From: Klebsormidium nitens
Lineage: Eukaryota; Plantae; Klebsormidiophyceae
NCBI GenBank assembly: GCA_000708835.1
Contig: DF237012.1
Location: forward strand, 186,001 to 250,000
DNA: 64,000 nucleotides
Direction of reading: 5' to 3'
The notes beneath the pieces were generated by a model. It did not search any database and was not told where the DNA came from. It saw only the letters and a list, made by a program, of their open reading frames with translations. A program made the translations under genes and the position numbers. This document shows, piece after piece, positions 14,001-26,932 of the stretch. Position 1 is the stretch's first letter, and each line of letters begins with the position of its first letter.

Positions 14001-16183
14001 GTAACAGCGCACGGGTGCCTATATCTTAGGATAGAAAGTCCGCAATGAAGAAACATCCCTGAATGGATCTTGGCAGCTAATACGGATGCTGTCTGTTGTC
14101 ATCCTGACTACTAAGGTAGACCTTGGACTTCCCAATGTGATGGTAACAAGCTGGTCAGAACTGCCGTCGGCTTTGAAAGGCTTACAGTCGAACTCTTGCA
14201 TGATGCATGCCCTCCTGAGAAGGCGCACATGGGTCGTAACGATGCTGAGAACTTTTTAACGACCTGAAAGTTGAATCTCCTACAACTCGCGCAACAAGAA
14301 CAACCCTCAACTACCGTTTCCATGCTCCCCCACACAAAATTTTGACCTACTAAACCTGTCCCCCCTTTGCCTGTCTCGGTCAAATAACTGATTTGTCAGG
14401 AAAAGAACCAAGAGTTGGTGAATCAGACTTCACCTTGAGTGCATTGCCAATGTACAGGCAGACGGCCATCAGCAGGGCGAGCTGGCGTGCGAGGTATGAG
14501 TAGTTTGCCTAAAGAACAAATAGCCGCAATGAGCCACTGCTTCCAGTAGAGCATAAGAACGACACAAAAACTACATCAAGAAAGCTCTTATTAATACATC
14601 AAGAAAGAGCCTTTGATCCCCCCCGCTTGCCCCGGTGGAGCTAGGGAGCCCTTTCTCCAAGTGGTCAAAGCTGTCTATACAGCCCAATGTTCAACATATC
14701 TGGCCCCATTCTTTTGGGTGTATGAAAAGTCACCGCTGTCGACAAGGCCAATTCTTGTCTGGTGACCATGTGGCAGACACACATTCTCTGACCATTCACA
14801 ATATATGAAGTTTTGACATGTTTCTCATTTGTTGAAATCCTAAGCAATGCACGCACATGACGACACCAGCAAGCTGGTTGACTAGAAACAATGAGCAACC
14901 TGTTCTTCTTATGCTGTGCAGAACACCCTCGATTAGGAAGTGTTGAAACCAAATCGATTTGCCCCAAAAATCAAGAAGTGCTCACCCAGAATAGAAGAGG
15001 CAGAAACGTGGCGTAGAACTCGATGGACACGCAGAGGGAGCAGAAGGAGATGAGCTGGCTCAGCAGGGGATGCTGGATTTTCTGCAGGTTGAATGAGGAT
15101 GATGTCAGGAACCGAATGTCCTTGGCCGATGTCGATTGATCGTAAGTTGCACATTATGGGGCAGCTGCGATGCAGTACACAATGCCCGATGTCGACATGG
15201 GCCTGTAAGCTCGGACCTGCCCGTCAGTGTTAGGATGCGAAATGGGGCCGGAGCCATGGATCGGTTCAATGCTGTCCCGACAACTACGCAGGACTGGGAA
15301 TGGGAAAAGTGCAGATAAGGCATAGTGTCTCAGCGATGTTGGTCTTGGAAAGCTTGCACTAGGAAGATGCAATACTCTGCTTGATCGATGCGGCAAGCAA
15401 CATGACTGCATCGCATAAATTGTCGCATTGAGGTCAAGCCTGCGTTGCCCGAGGAGCTCATGCAAATGTAAACGGCATTTTACCGCTGCTGTTTATAAGC
15501 CATAAATGTTCAGCCAAGCTTGAGGTGCGTTGGGAAGCAAGGAATTGACATGTCAGGGGAAAAGGCCAACCTTCTGTTTCATGGCCACCAATTGAGGTTT
15601 CACTCAGCGCGACCTTGCTTCAATCATGCCACAAACAAGAGCAATAAGAGAGGCAAGAAACCAAGCAAGACTCGCAAGATCTAGCCAGCCGATAAGCCAG
15701 CAACATTCAGGGGAGCGCCGCAAAGAATAGCAAACCCTCTGTTTGCAGATCACAGAGCTCTCGCAGGCTTTCCGATTTCTAAATGCAACCTCAAGCAATG
15801 GGGCAGAGCTGAAGATTATCCAATCGGCTGCCAATGTGCAGATTTGTTCATTTGATCAAACCTAATTTCAATCACTGAATCTGGGGCAGTTCACGCACTC
15901 CTCAGCAGCAAACAAGTAGTAGCTAGCACTCTATGCAAGCGACAATGTGCTTCCTTTAGCTCACCTGAGCTCCCAAGACCACCCACAAACCCTGCTTAAC
16001 CCACTTCACGGTCCAAGGCCGCATCTGGCTCCGCACTGCGAGGGTTAGCTGCATAACCCTGGCTATGTACATAAAGGTCAAGATCCCCGCAATAGTGCTT
16101 ATCTGCCAGATTGGAAATCCCCCTGGGATCATCAGGGCCACTCTCCCAAAGGCCGCATCCATGCTGCTCATTTCAACATCCAT
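11009..16183 (-). CDS. SPP1: Sphingoid long-chain base phosphate phosphatase / lipid phosphate phosphatase delta (PAP2 superfamily), 9 exons
   Basis: Phase-compatible exons at 15965-16183, 14986-15081, 14434-14508, 13818-13948, 13564-13664, 13129-13257, 12446-12561, 11973-12081 and 11009-11457. Motifs: KDVVCAPRP (C1), EYGLPSTH (C2), RLYQGMHSPVD (C3), YPVPETPTPSYDYHVSFNGVALG, and a C-terminal DTTIRLISYASVAW matching plant SPP1/LPPdelta as I recall it. Confidence 0.93.
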
Positions 16184-17777
16184 CCTAGGCTGGTGACTTG
16201 CAAAAGCTTGGTCACATGCCTTTTTGTGCTCTGAAAGCCGAATCAAACCCTTCTGATCAACCAGCTTCGACTTGAGAGCTGATGATGCAAAATTGAATTC
16301 TTAGTGAGACTTAGGATGCAGGATTGAAGTCGCCCGCGGCCCCATGCTGCCACTGCATATTTCCCTGCTGCCGGATTCAGAATGCTTTTGCGTTGCCAAA
16401 ATCAATGCAACCGCCCCGATCCTTGAAGGAGGATGTGTGAAGAACGGGCCATCTAGAACTGATCCTAGGTCCCCTTCTTCCAGACTCCTCCCGAACTCGC
16501 CACGTGCAGAACTGGCGCCGCACCTGGCCGCATCAGCTCCTCAGCCTCTGTCCAGCAATTGAAAGTCCTCCCATATTATTTGGCCCTGGGAGTTCAGCTG
16601 TGCAACCGTTGAACTGCTGATCAGCAATTTTAATATTTAACTCCAGTCCGAGCAGTCGCCTGCGGCCTGGCTTCACTTCGAAATGGTAATGGTTCAAGAT
16701 TCTACTAGACAAACCATTGTCGCCTCTTCACCGAGGGATGGGGATAGCAGAATGCTTCCTGCGGTTGAGATTTGGCGGAGTGGAGTTAACCGCTGCCTAA
16801 TTGGCGGTCAACTACAAACCGTTTCCATGATGGTAGACGGAAAACTAGAGTCTAGAGAGTGGACCGTGACGTGGAGTCCGATCCACTTTGTTAGATTGAA
16901 ACTTTCGCGCCATTCAGGCAGCTCATTCAGGTTGAGGCCAGGGCCCAGGATAGGCAAAGCATTCGGAAATGCTTGCAGGCGTACAATGTCGCAGCTTCTG
17001 CGGCCTTGGTAAGGTGTTTAGTCTGCTCGACACCACAGAAGACAGATGGGGTAGATCTTAAGCGCTGCCATCGGAGGCAACTTACGCTACCAAGAGCATG
17101 TGAGTTCCTGTAACAACCCTTTTCAGTGAGCGTTTCGAAAGATTTGATTGGTTCGCAGACCTCGGCAGTTGCAGTTTTCGTTGGCGTTCCGAGCCTGTGG
17201 TGCTGAGGGATGCCTTGTAGGAGTCCACTATGAATGCTGCAGTCCTGGTCTTCTGTCTTCTATTTGTCAAGCAGACTTCCGACGGCGTCTGGTCTACTTA
17301 TGTGGTCCGCTTTTCCTGGTCTCAATCCATCAATGTCTGGTCGGAGCTCGATTGCTCTAAATCCCTTCTGATTTCAAATGTTTGCCATTGAATGACTCTC
17401 TTTTAGACTCAATAGATTCACTACCTACTTTCCAAAGCAAGAAGGAGGCGCTTTACAATCAGGATCCGCATCTAATGTATACCGTTCAGAAAGGCATCAA
17501 ACCCTTGTAAAGTACTAAGCTAAGCTCTGGGCGCCCTTTTCTAATTCTCATTTGGAAGATTCGATTGAATTCCTGCCCAAGAGCACACAATGGGTCAGAG
17601 CTTGTCCATACATTTGTCCCCACTTGATTTCGTCTCGTCACAGAATGTACTGAAAGGTCCTTCATAAGGCCTCAAATTCCATTCTCAGGTTTGTACTGTC
17701 TTCGAGCTGGTTTATGCTACAAAACCCGTTTGTAGAATCATTGTTCCCGTGTTGAAGCTGCTCTTTCTGTGACCAGG

Positions 17778-19496
17778 ATGGCGTATTACTGTGGCCCCTG
17801 CAACCAGCAATTCCCCTCCCAGCGAGCATATGCCGAGCACGCTGCCGCGCTCCACACACTGAGCCACAAGTGTGCTCAGTGCGGCCGACTCTTTCGCTCG
17901 GAGCAAGCGCTCTCAGAACACGTGACAGTGATCCATCCAATACAGCCCCTCTCAAGGCCCCTTCCCAAGCCGCCCGCCGCGAAACCGGCTCAGAAGCAGT
18001 TGCTTCAAAAGCCTGATGCAACGCAGCCCCTATCGAAGCCCCTCCCAACACCGCCAGCTTTAGAGCAGTTGGCCTGCCAAGACTGCACGGTTAGCTTTGT
18101 AACCCAGCAGGGTTTGCTTGACCACCGGGCCTTGATCCACCCCTCCTGCCTGGACTGCAAGCGCGCCTTTGCCTCTCAGATCGCTCTCCAGCAGCACCGT
18201 ATCCATGTTCACTCCCGATCTAGTTCCCAAGCTGCCCCAGCAGTCGTACTTCCTAAGCCCAAAAACCAACATGCCCTCCAACTGCACAGCGCGTACCTGC
18301 AGAAAGTCCGCTCTAGTTGCGGCAATGACCAGCAGGTTCAGCAGCATGCGCTTGCCAATGTCAGCAAGGGGTCCGGGGCCCCTGGTGAGCAGGGCTTTGA
18401 TTGCGAGGAGTGTGAAAAGCGCTTTTTGTCCTTAGCGGCGCTTGAGCAGCATGCTAAGGATACAAAGGGCCACAAAAGGGAGTTCCAATGCCGGGTATGC
18501 GACCTTGTGTTTCTCACAAAGGCGGGCTTGGGCCAGCATTGCAATGGGGACGTGCATCGGATGCGCGTCGCTAACAACGGCGTCAAAGGGGAGTCCAGTT
18601 CAGGCATGGTTCCTGGAAAGCTCCCGAACGGTTCGCTAAGCGCCCCGAGTGTCGTCCGTTGCGACGTCTGCAACAAGGACTTTGAGACGTTGCAACGGCT
18701 TGCCCAGCATCGGAAGGATACTCCGGGACATGCACAAAGAGTAGTGCTTCAGAGTAGCGTTAGAACCCTACCCCCAAACCCGGGGTTTGGTTTAAGGAAG
18801 CCAAGTGCTGCTCAAGCGGGGGGTTTCGCCTGCCGGCCTTGTCAAAAGGAGTTCGCCTCTCAAGCTGCCCTCGACCAACATTTCAGCAACTCGACCGTGC
18901 ACGCGGAAGCCGACGACCGCTTCGCATGCGGCCCGTGCGGGGCCGTCTTTGCCTCGTCAGCAGAGCTCGAGAGGCACAAGCTGGCCTTGCCCAGTCACGT
19001 AGAGACGTTCGTATGCAAGGAGTGCGACAAGACGTTTAAGTCGGGGCCTGCGCTCAGCCAGCACCTGAGGGACATACATAAGCAGCGTGTCCTGGTCGAA
19101 TCCCACCAAAATCCCAAGTTCGTCCCAGCTAGTAAGCAGCCCCAAGTCTATAAGCCCACCCCGTCCGATACAATGAAGAAGGTGTCTAAGATGATAGAGA
19201 AGCGGCTCGCGGAGCTTCCAGTTCAAGCTTCAATTGAGCCTTTCATTGATGAGTGGCGGCCGGGGGCCTCAAAAGTAGATGTGGGCTCTCAGTTTGATGG
19301 CAGAGCATTCGACGGCGGGGAATCTGCTCCCAACGGGCACGATCAGAATGGTGATCTTGTGAGGGGGCCGGAAGAGGAAGCCGGAACTGATGCGCGGGTG
19401 CAAGAGGTGGAACTTGAAGTGCAGGTGAGCAATCTTTCTTTTGATGGGGGGCGTGGCTTCCATGCAGATTCGGATGCAGGGAGTCACGTGTGGTAG
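17778..19496 (+). CDS. Intronless protein with 10 C2H2 zinc fingers and an acidic C-terminal tail
   Basis: The ORF 17769-19496 (first ATG 17778) holds ten C-x2-C-x12-H-x3-6-H units, e.g. CAQCGRLFRSEQALSEHVTVIH and CKECDKTFKSGPALSQHLRDIH. No TGEKP linkers. Confidence 0.88.
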   Translation: MAYYCGPCNQQFPSQRAYAEHAAALHTLSHKCAQCGRLFRSEQALSEHVTVIHPIQPLSRPLPKPPAAKPAQKQLLQKPDATQPLSKPLPTPPALEQLACQDCTVSFVTQQGLLDHRALIHPSCLDCKRAFASQIALQQHRIHVHSRSSSQAAPAVVLPKPKNQHALQLHSAYLQKVRSSCGNDQQVQQHALANVSKGSGAPGEQGFDCEECEKRFLSLAALEQHAKDTKGHKREFQCRVCDLVFLTKAGLGQHCNGDVHRMRVANNGVKGESSSGMVPGKLPNGSLSAPSVVRCDVCNKDFETLQRLAQHRKDTPGHAQRVVLQSSVRTLPPNPGFGLRKPSAAQAGGFACRPCQKEFASQAALDQHFSNSTVHAEADDRFACGPCGAVFASSAELERHKLALPSHVETFVCKECDKTFKSGPALSQHLRDIHKQRVLVESHQNPKFVPASKQPQVYKPTPSDTMKKVSKMIEKRLAELPVQASIEPFIDEWRPGASKVDVGSQFDGRAFDGGESAPNGHDQNGDLVRGPEEEAGTDARVQEVELEVQVSNLSFDGGRGFHADSDAGSHVW

Positions 19497-19996
19497 GCTT
19501 ATCTGCTTCCCTTGCTTAGTTGCTTCCTTTACCTGCGCTTCCCGGCTGGATTACTAATAAAAGCAGCTTGGTTTTTGTAGCTTAGACAGGAGTACGGCAG
19601 CATAGTTATTGTCAGATACACGAAATGTGCCATTCGTCCAGGTACTCAGGTTTGTTGATACACTGTGAAGTTACTGATTAGCATTGCTTGCTCTGGCGGT
19701 TTCAGATTCTGCAATCTTTCTGAGAGCGATATGGTGGCCGAGTTCAAATCTAGCTGCCAAATCTACCTCCTGCACAGGCGAAAAGCATTTTTGGAGTCCT
19801 ACAGGAATGAACGACCAGAATAACAGGAGCACAGTGCCAATGTCCTTGTTGCAACTGCAAGAAACACCAACGAAAGGCTTGGATGGCTTAAACGGATCCT
19901 TCAGAAGTTCGCAGATGGCTTCGATGGCTCAAATGAAGAATCATCCCAACTCCGCAACATCTCCAATCAATACGTCAGTACAACTGTCCTCTGCAG

Positions 19997-20233
19997 GCTG
20001 CTTCGGTTGCGACAGCACAAGCAGCACCAGAAGGTGCAAGTGCTGTTGCTGGAGGCACTGTCAGGCACGAGGATGAGTGCATCATCTGCTTGGATGCGCG
20101 CAGGGATACGCTGTACCTCCCATGCGGGCACTTCTGTTTCTGCCACGAGTGCGCTGTTCATAATCAGGAGAAGGGCAACCCCTGTCCGCAGTGTCGGACA
20201 CCGATTGACTTGCTGCTAAAAGTGCTCGCTTGA
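19997..20233 (+). CDS. Terminal exon encoding a RING-HC (C3HC4) finger; parent gene unresolved
   Basis: After the acceptor ctctgcag| (19996) the frame reads AASVATAQAAPEGASAVAGGTVRHEDECIICLDARRDTLYLPCGHFCFCHECAVHNQEKGNPCPQCRTPIDLLLKVLA*. It lacks an ATG, so the ORF track misses it. Confidence 0.8.
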   Translation, partial: AASVATAQAAPEGASAVAGGTVRHEDECIICLDARRDTLYLPCGHFCFCHECAVHNQEKGNPCPQCRTPIDLLLKVLA

Positions 20234-21247
20234 TATGACTGACATTGCAGTGTACCGAGTCTAGGTCATCTTTGAGCAGGAGAAATCGAGGATCTGTGTA
20301 AGGAAAGATTGTTGTGTTTTGATCATCCGCAGAATGAGTTACTGCGGATTCGATGATTGCAAAGAGATGAAGGCGAGCCGGAAGGCTAGATACGCTTCGG
20401 AAAGTTTCAGACTGTGCCTACATTGAAGCCTGGATCTTACCTTCATTTACATGACCACAACCGTGTCTGCTGATGGTATACTCGAAGTTATCTAGATGTT
20501 GCCTGGGCAGATTTATTTCACGTGGACATGTAGGACAATCGGAACAACGATGTTTCAAGCCATCATGTCGGTCATCAGAAGCACAGTGACCAACATGTAC
20601 AGCTTACTTAGGCCAGATCAGACTTGAAAATGAGTCACTGCAGCATGCCGGCATGCATGCAACGTCTACCTTCCACGCGTATATGCGGTACACATCACCC
20701 GGCTCAGCCATGGCAGGAAATTGATGTGCCGATGCACCTTGAGGCTCGAATAAACGCATGCTCCAGGGGCGCAGCAGTGCATAATTTACTGACCATGCCG
20801 CGCAGCTAGCTGTTCCCCAATCATTCATTCAGTCACTTCAAAAGGTTTTGAGGCTGCCCGGCCGGGCATGGGCGCCGGATTATGATTATACGCTCATGCA
20901 GATTAATTTCGTACTCACTGAGACGGTGGGCTCTGCGTATAAGGCCCCCAGTGACCAGCGCGGCTGATCCGACCGAGCCATGTGCATGTTTTATGTACTG
21001 CGTGGTCCGAACGAAGGAGTCCGACTATAATGCCGCATGGCATAAGTATGGCCCAACATACGGTTTGCTCATTCTCAATCCTTCAACAGTATAATGCGGT
21101 CGAACAAATTGTGTTAGAAGTTCCAGCGCATATGCGCACATATACGCACCAGCTTGCAGCTCGTTGACGTGGAAAAGCAGGCGCACTACAGTCGAATCTT
21201 CCGTCCTAATTCCGTTTTCGGGCACCACCACAATAGCGCAAATGTAG

Positions 21248-24200
21248 CTAATGTCTGTGGTTCATATTCACCCCGGGGTTGAATGGGGGGGAGTAAAAGT
21301 CTCTGCTAGTGTTCTTGACCTCTGCGTCCGTATACGCAGTGGTCCCCCTCGCTTCGTCTTCGTTCCGGTCGCCTTCGTCCTCTTCGTCCTCAGCGTAAAT
21401 GTCGTCGGGGTGCGTCACCCGGTCACCCAAAATGTGGGTCTTGAGCATGTCGACGACCTTTCCTTTGAGCTGGGGATAGGAACAGGACACGTGTCAGCAC
21501 GTACGATGGCCCCAACGTGCACCAAGAGTCTGGTCAACGCTCGTTCTCTACGAAAGCAAGATTATCCTCTTTCTTTTTCTGGTCCCGCTAAGAGAGTCCG
21601 GTCGCTCAACGCGCTCCGTATTCCAACGGCCACTGGGGTTCACACCTCCACCGAGTAGCGGCTTCGACGCCGTTGGGTGCGGGCAAAACATGATGATGCT
21701 GCGAGGCAGATTGGTAAGAAAGAAAGAAACGACTAGTTGTTGCCGGCGACCACTCAGCAAAGGCACTCAAAACAACATTCAACCTCATCTTCAGCGTTGA
21801 ACGCCGATATCTTCTCCATTTCTACCATAAGCAGGGGTCCACATATGGGTTGCGAACGTCACAGCTTCGGTTCCTCACGTGATCTAAGCCCTCCTCAGTT
21901 TCGATCGAACATCGAAGCGCCCCGCTGGGCCCTCGCACTCGGTAACTTTCGACGCCGTCGTCCCCCGCTTCGTCGACACCCAATGGGAACTCCGGCAGCA
22001 AGTCCCCCTTGGACACGACGTCGATCCAGGGCCGGTCGCCGAAGCGGCCCCGCAGCTCCTCGTACAACAGTTTCTGGAGAGGTGAAAAGATAGGCATTAG
22101 TGTAAGAAACATATTCCGATACCAAGATTCCCAGTGTAGCACCTCGTACACCGACCTTTGAATACGAAAGAGATACACTTCTTCAGAAGTACAAAGTATG
22201 CGCGATTTACAACGCACAAGCAAAACCCCTTTTTGCATAAAGAGCTGGGCGGTGACAGAATCACACGCATTGATAAGAACGGCGCTTGCAAGTCCAAGGG
22301 GAGGCGTTGCCGACAAATTTTTCATTTTTTTTCAGACCTCGTGAAGCACGTCTGAAAGGACGCTGAAACGACTTCAAACGAACAAGACCCTGAAAAGATA
22401 GCAAGCAAGCGCAAGCTGGTCCAAATATCCATAAACTACCCCCTCAGTGGTCAGTTTAACGCTCCTTACTTTCGCCTCACTAAGGCACGGTCAACCTGCA
22501 CTGCCGAAGAAAACGGGCGCTTATAAAGCAAGCAGCTAGGCAGAGCCAGCATCGACACTGCGACGATCTGCTGACGTGTACATGACGTGGCTGCTGACCT
22601 GGTCCTCGACGGAGGTGCCGCAGTCCTCCGTGAGGTCGTGGACAAAGAGGACGGCCGTGGGCAGGTGCGTCAGAGCCGCCAGGGCCAGCTTCTCGATCCG
22701 GTTCCGGTCCTCTGCGACCGGAAAAGCGGAAAGTGTCAGCGGCTTATCGTGCAGGAAAGCCGGGTGGCGACAACCAACGCGAAGGACCCAACTTCGGACC
22801 GTTCTGCGGACAGCTGCGAGGCTGGAAACACTGTTAGTAGATGAAGTTCCCTTCAGCCATCGGCATCAAGAAGTACAGTACAGGTGGTGTATCGTCCAGA
22901 AAACGTGTTGGCCGACTAAGAAGGGACTTGTTTGGTGGAACCAAGAACTTGGAGCCAATTGTCTCGTCAAAAAAGGCACCCCAATGGGAAGGAGTTGGAT
23001 GCAAACGAAAACGAGTATGAAGGAAGCGAGGAAGGAGGCGACACAAAAACTGTTTAGAAAGTGTACGTATTTTCAAAAACTTGCAAAAAGACACAAAGCG
23101 AGGGATGCCGAGCAGCGGAAGATAAGCTCACCATCCGGCCGGAAGAGCAGCCCCGGCGTGTCGGTCACCTGGTGCCGGCGTGTGTCAACGAAGAAGTGCC
23201 CCATCGAGATGCCACGTGTTGTAAACGGATAGTTGCACACTTCCGGCTTGCCAGACGATAGGACCCGTACCAGGCTCGACTTGCCCACGTTGGGGGCGCC
23301 CACTAGGCACAGCGTCGGCACCCGGGGGTCAACAACCGGGAGCCTCCTCAGAGTCTGCAGAAATGGAAGGAGCGGGAAATCTGAACTTCGGAGTCCTGAA
23401 ACATTCTTTCCACGACATTTTAGAGGACATTCTGCCCAGGGCAAACCACCGCCCTTTATTTTTGTACCAGAAGGGGAGTGCTGCTGTTCCCGAGGGGCCC
23501 CAAACCATTCTCTTGCAGCGTTCACGCCATTTGCAAGACAGTGGAGAATGATTGGTCCCGCTGGACGAATGGCTGAGACAAACGTCTTCTTCGTCTCAGG
23601 TTAACAGTGATCTTCTCGTAAAAAGTTCGCGGCCTCTGGCGAGATAATTCGAGCACCTGTGACAGCACCCGCACCAAAAAGCTGAAGGTTTAGTGCTCTC
23701 ACCTTCGCGACTTCCTTCAAGTCGTCTACGCTCCGGCCCTGCTTCCGAAATATGCTTTCGAGGTGCTCAAAGCCCTGCATGGGCAAAAGGGTTCGGTTCG
23801 GAAGCGGCGGGCAAGAACCTATCGTTGCGGTTGGGTCGCATGCATGGACTACAGAAGACAACGTGGACCCCACAAGATGCAACCAAAAGCAATTCGGGCC
23901 CTAAGTAATGTCCTAAGACGAGAGGCATTCGAAGTTCGATGAACCTCAACGGCCTTACTCCAGCATGTTGCAAATGAGGTGGCCAGCATATTTTGTACCG
24001 AAACGGGTTATCAAACGGGCACGTCCACATGTAAGATGACGTCAGAACTTGAAGGCCGACCCCGACAGGTGACTGCCTGATATGGAGTTACACGTCCAGC
24101 GACTGAATCTTGCTTAAGAAAGGCCCAGATTTGGCGACCGGCCCAAACCAGCCTTAACATTAGGGCCCACACTGCAACTGGAATGATAAACTCCACAAAA

Positions 24201-26191
24201 ATCTGGGCAATCGGCCAGTAAGAAACTCTAACCCACCTCTTGTCGCCTCTCGTCGGCTTCCTTCACATTTGTCGCCTTTGCACATGCCGCCGCATGCTGC
24301 TTCCCGATTTCAAGCAGTTTCTTCCGGAGAGCGTTCACACGGGCCAGCGAGGTCTCATAGGTGCCGTCCCCGAGCGTAAGCACGAGCAGGCTGCGCTCAA
24401 AGGGGTGCAGCTTCGCAGCATCGGGGAAGCGCTTGAGCCAGTGCCCGAGGGGGACAGTAAGCTCCTGCAGAGGGGTTTAGAGATTTGGATTTGACAATCT
24501 CCTCTTCTATGGCTTTCGAGATCGTATGAATCGTCCACCCTTCAAGCAACAACCAACAATGAATGCAAGAGCCGTCGACTTGGCGCTGGGATCCCTCATA
24601 AAACAGGGGGAGAAAAAGGCCGGAACGAAAGTGAACCTTTGAAGAAATGGGATGCCATTTCGTTCAAAACTGTCGTTGATGCCCAACGCACAAAGTAGGC
24701 TTGCCATTTGTCAACCAGCAGGAGGGCCAAAAATCAAGCAGACCCAGTCCAACGAACGGTGTTCGACAACTCTTTATCCACTCCCCGAACGCCTCACTTG
24801 TACAAGCAACAAGTTGTTGTGGTTTCCCTCTCACATAGATGTACCGTCAACTGAAAGTAATCATGTGGTGCACAACGCTTGATGCATTCCCAAAGTCTTC
24901 ACCTTTGTCAGTGCGTCTAACTGCTTGGCGGCCTGGTTCTTGGCGCGCTTGGCGGCGTTCTGGATGCCTTTGGTTGCCTGCACCCGGTAGGCCCTCTTCA
25001 AGGCAGAGACGACAAGCTCCTCTGCAGCGGGGACTTGGGGCAGGTGCTGAAAGACGTCGTGCTTCACCAGGCGCAGAGGCTGGAATGGAACAAGAGTGAT
25101 CTTTAAATCGAGGCATTATGAGAGAACAGGAATGCGAAGGGGGCGTAGTTTTCGGGATTAAGAAGACGGGGAATGGCAGATGGGGCAGGTGCTGAAAGAC
25201 GGCGTGCTTCACTAGGCACAGCTGGACAAGAACGATATCGCTCAAGAACAACAATAATATCATGCGAAAAGGGGACTGAAGACTTGGCGAGGATTTAGAA
25301 TGAGGCGATCAGGAATGGCAGCTGGGGCAGGTGCTAGCTTGACGGTGTGCTTCCTCAAGCGCTGAGGCTGGAGGCGGTCACTAGTGCAAATTATTCTGAA
25401 TGGAATGAAAAACAAAAAAGGATCCTTTGGGTGAAAGGGCGAGATAACTTCCTGCAGAGACAAGGCCTAGGAGAAGAACAACAAAGAAGAAGAAGTACAA
25501 AAACGGGCAGAGAACGTCGATCAAGGAGCTGGCCTAGTGCGACAAGGATAATGCCAGTTGCCATTCTCCGATGCAGGGGTGGTGTAAAAGAAAACGGTGT
25601 TCGCTGAAGCAGTGCATTACAATACTATAAGTACAAGAACCAACCACTGCTGCACCCATACGGCAGCATTCCAGGTGTTCAAACCCTAATGCCGAAATCA
25701 AGGAGCTTCTGGTAACGATCTTTTCATTGATAAAAGCTGCCCGCTCATCCCAATCTGAACTGTTATTTGCACACCTTTTGCTTGACTTCCAGGCCCGCTG
25801 ATGCCTCCCTGCCTGAGGTGGAAGGCTCTTCTGTTGCCAAAGACGCAGCATTTCTCTTATACACGTCCAGCTTCTCGTCTGAAACTATTGTTTCCTCAAG
25901 CGCCGCCACGCCCATCGTTGTGCCATAGCTCCTGTTGCTCTTGCTACTCACAGCACTCTGCTGGCACAGTCTATTCGAAGTGGAGTGGCTGCCAAGATTG
26001 GAGAACGTGCTATAGTTCGTCCTCAACGATATCGGAGGTTGCTTTTCTACGGACCCCCCAAAGGAAGGGCTGTTAGTTCTTGCGATGTACAAGGTGCCCG
26101 CAGAACATTCTTGTGGCTGGCACTTGCTTGCGGTCGAGGAAAGTCTGCATTTGGTCAGGTCCAGGGCAGCTGCCCTCAACGTTGCCGCCAT
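21248..26191 (-). CDS. NOG1/OBG-family GTP-binding protein, probably organelle-targeted; multi-exon
   Basis: Ser/Ala-rich leader (~25780-26191); FQHLPQVPAAEELVVSALKRA (~24915-25079); helical exons at ~24300-24460 and ~23705-23780; G1 LVGAPNVGKSSLV, G2 NYPFTTR and G3 DTPGLL (~23130-23365); DRNRIEKLALAALTHLPTAVLFVHDL (~22570-22730); G4 SKGD (~21890-22075); last exon 21248-~21470. Confidence 0.9.
25040..25375 (-). repeat. Two degenerate ~144-bp copies of the acceptor plus exon start in the first GTPase intron
   Basis: The plus-strand motif gggcaggtgctgaaagacg.cgtgcttcac.aggc occurs at ~25040 (true exon), ~25183 and, more diverged, ~25325. The acceptor CAG (plus ctg) lies at 25080, 25222 and 25368. 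Confidence 0.85.
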
Positions 26192-26932
26192 CCTCCGGTG
26201 CTTGCACAGGAGCAGCTTTTTGAGGGTTTGTGCACACCCAAACATCAATGTTGGTGCAGGTCGATTAGATTGACGCCCAACATTGCACTGTCCTTTGCAT
26301 CGTCCTTTGTTGAGGTGCGCCTATGTGGCTACAAAACCAGGCAATGATACGCAAAGCTCTAGCTAGCTAGCTGTATATGATGAAACTTGCCTCGAGATTG
26401 ATTTCCGCATGTCGACATAGTGTAAATGTGCGCTTCGTAAGAAGGAATCTTTACATCGGACAGGTGCTGGTACAGCCGAGCAAAACATTTGCCGTCCGAT
26501 TGGATCCACGTGAACCATGTGACCTTAGCCTCCTATCGTGGGCCTGCTCTCGTAAATTTATTCACACCTTTCAGACCAGGTGAAGTAACTTGCTTGCTGA
26601 TTTGTTGAGAGCATTCTTTGTATTCCCAACATTGCCAGTGTCGCACCTGGTGGGGTCACGCCTTTGTTGAATCCTGTGTTCCAAACAAAGTTGACGAGCG
26701 TCTTCAAGTAGCTGCTTTGGTACAGGTCCAATGCTGTAAAATTGCGACCCGTTTGTATATTTTCTTTTGAGTGGCAGATCTTGAACGTTGGGAGCTCATG
26801 TTGCTGAAGGAACAGCTGACGTGTTGCTCATCTTAGAAGTTTTTGCAGAGTTGACCACATTTGTTCAAACACAGCGGCGGACTTCGTGCAAGCGCAAGAG
26901 AACGAGCTAGATTATCCCAGGCACAACACGGA

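Noticed and set aside
22576-23604. Plus-strand ORFs of 218 and 123 aa
   Set aside because: Antisense shadows of GTPase exons.
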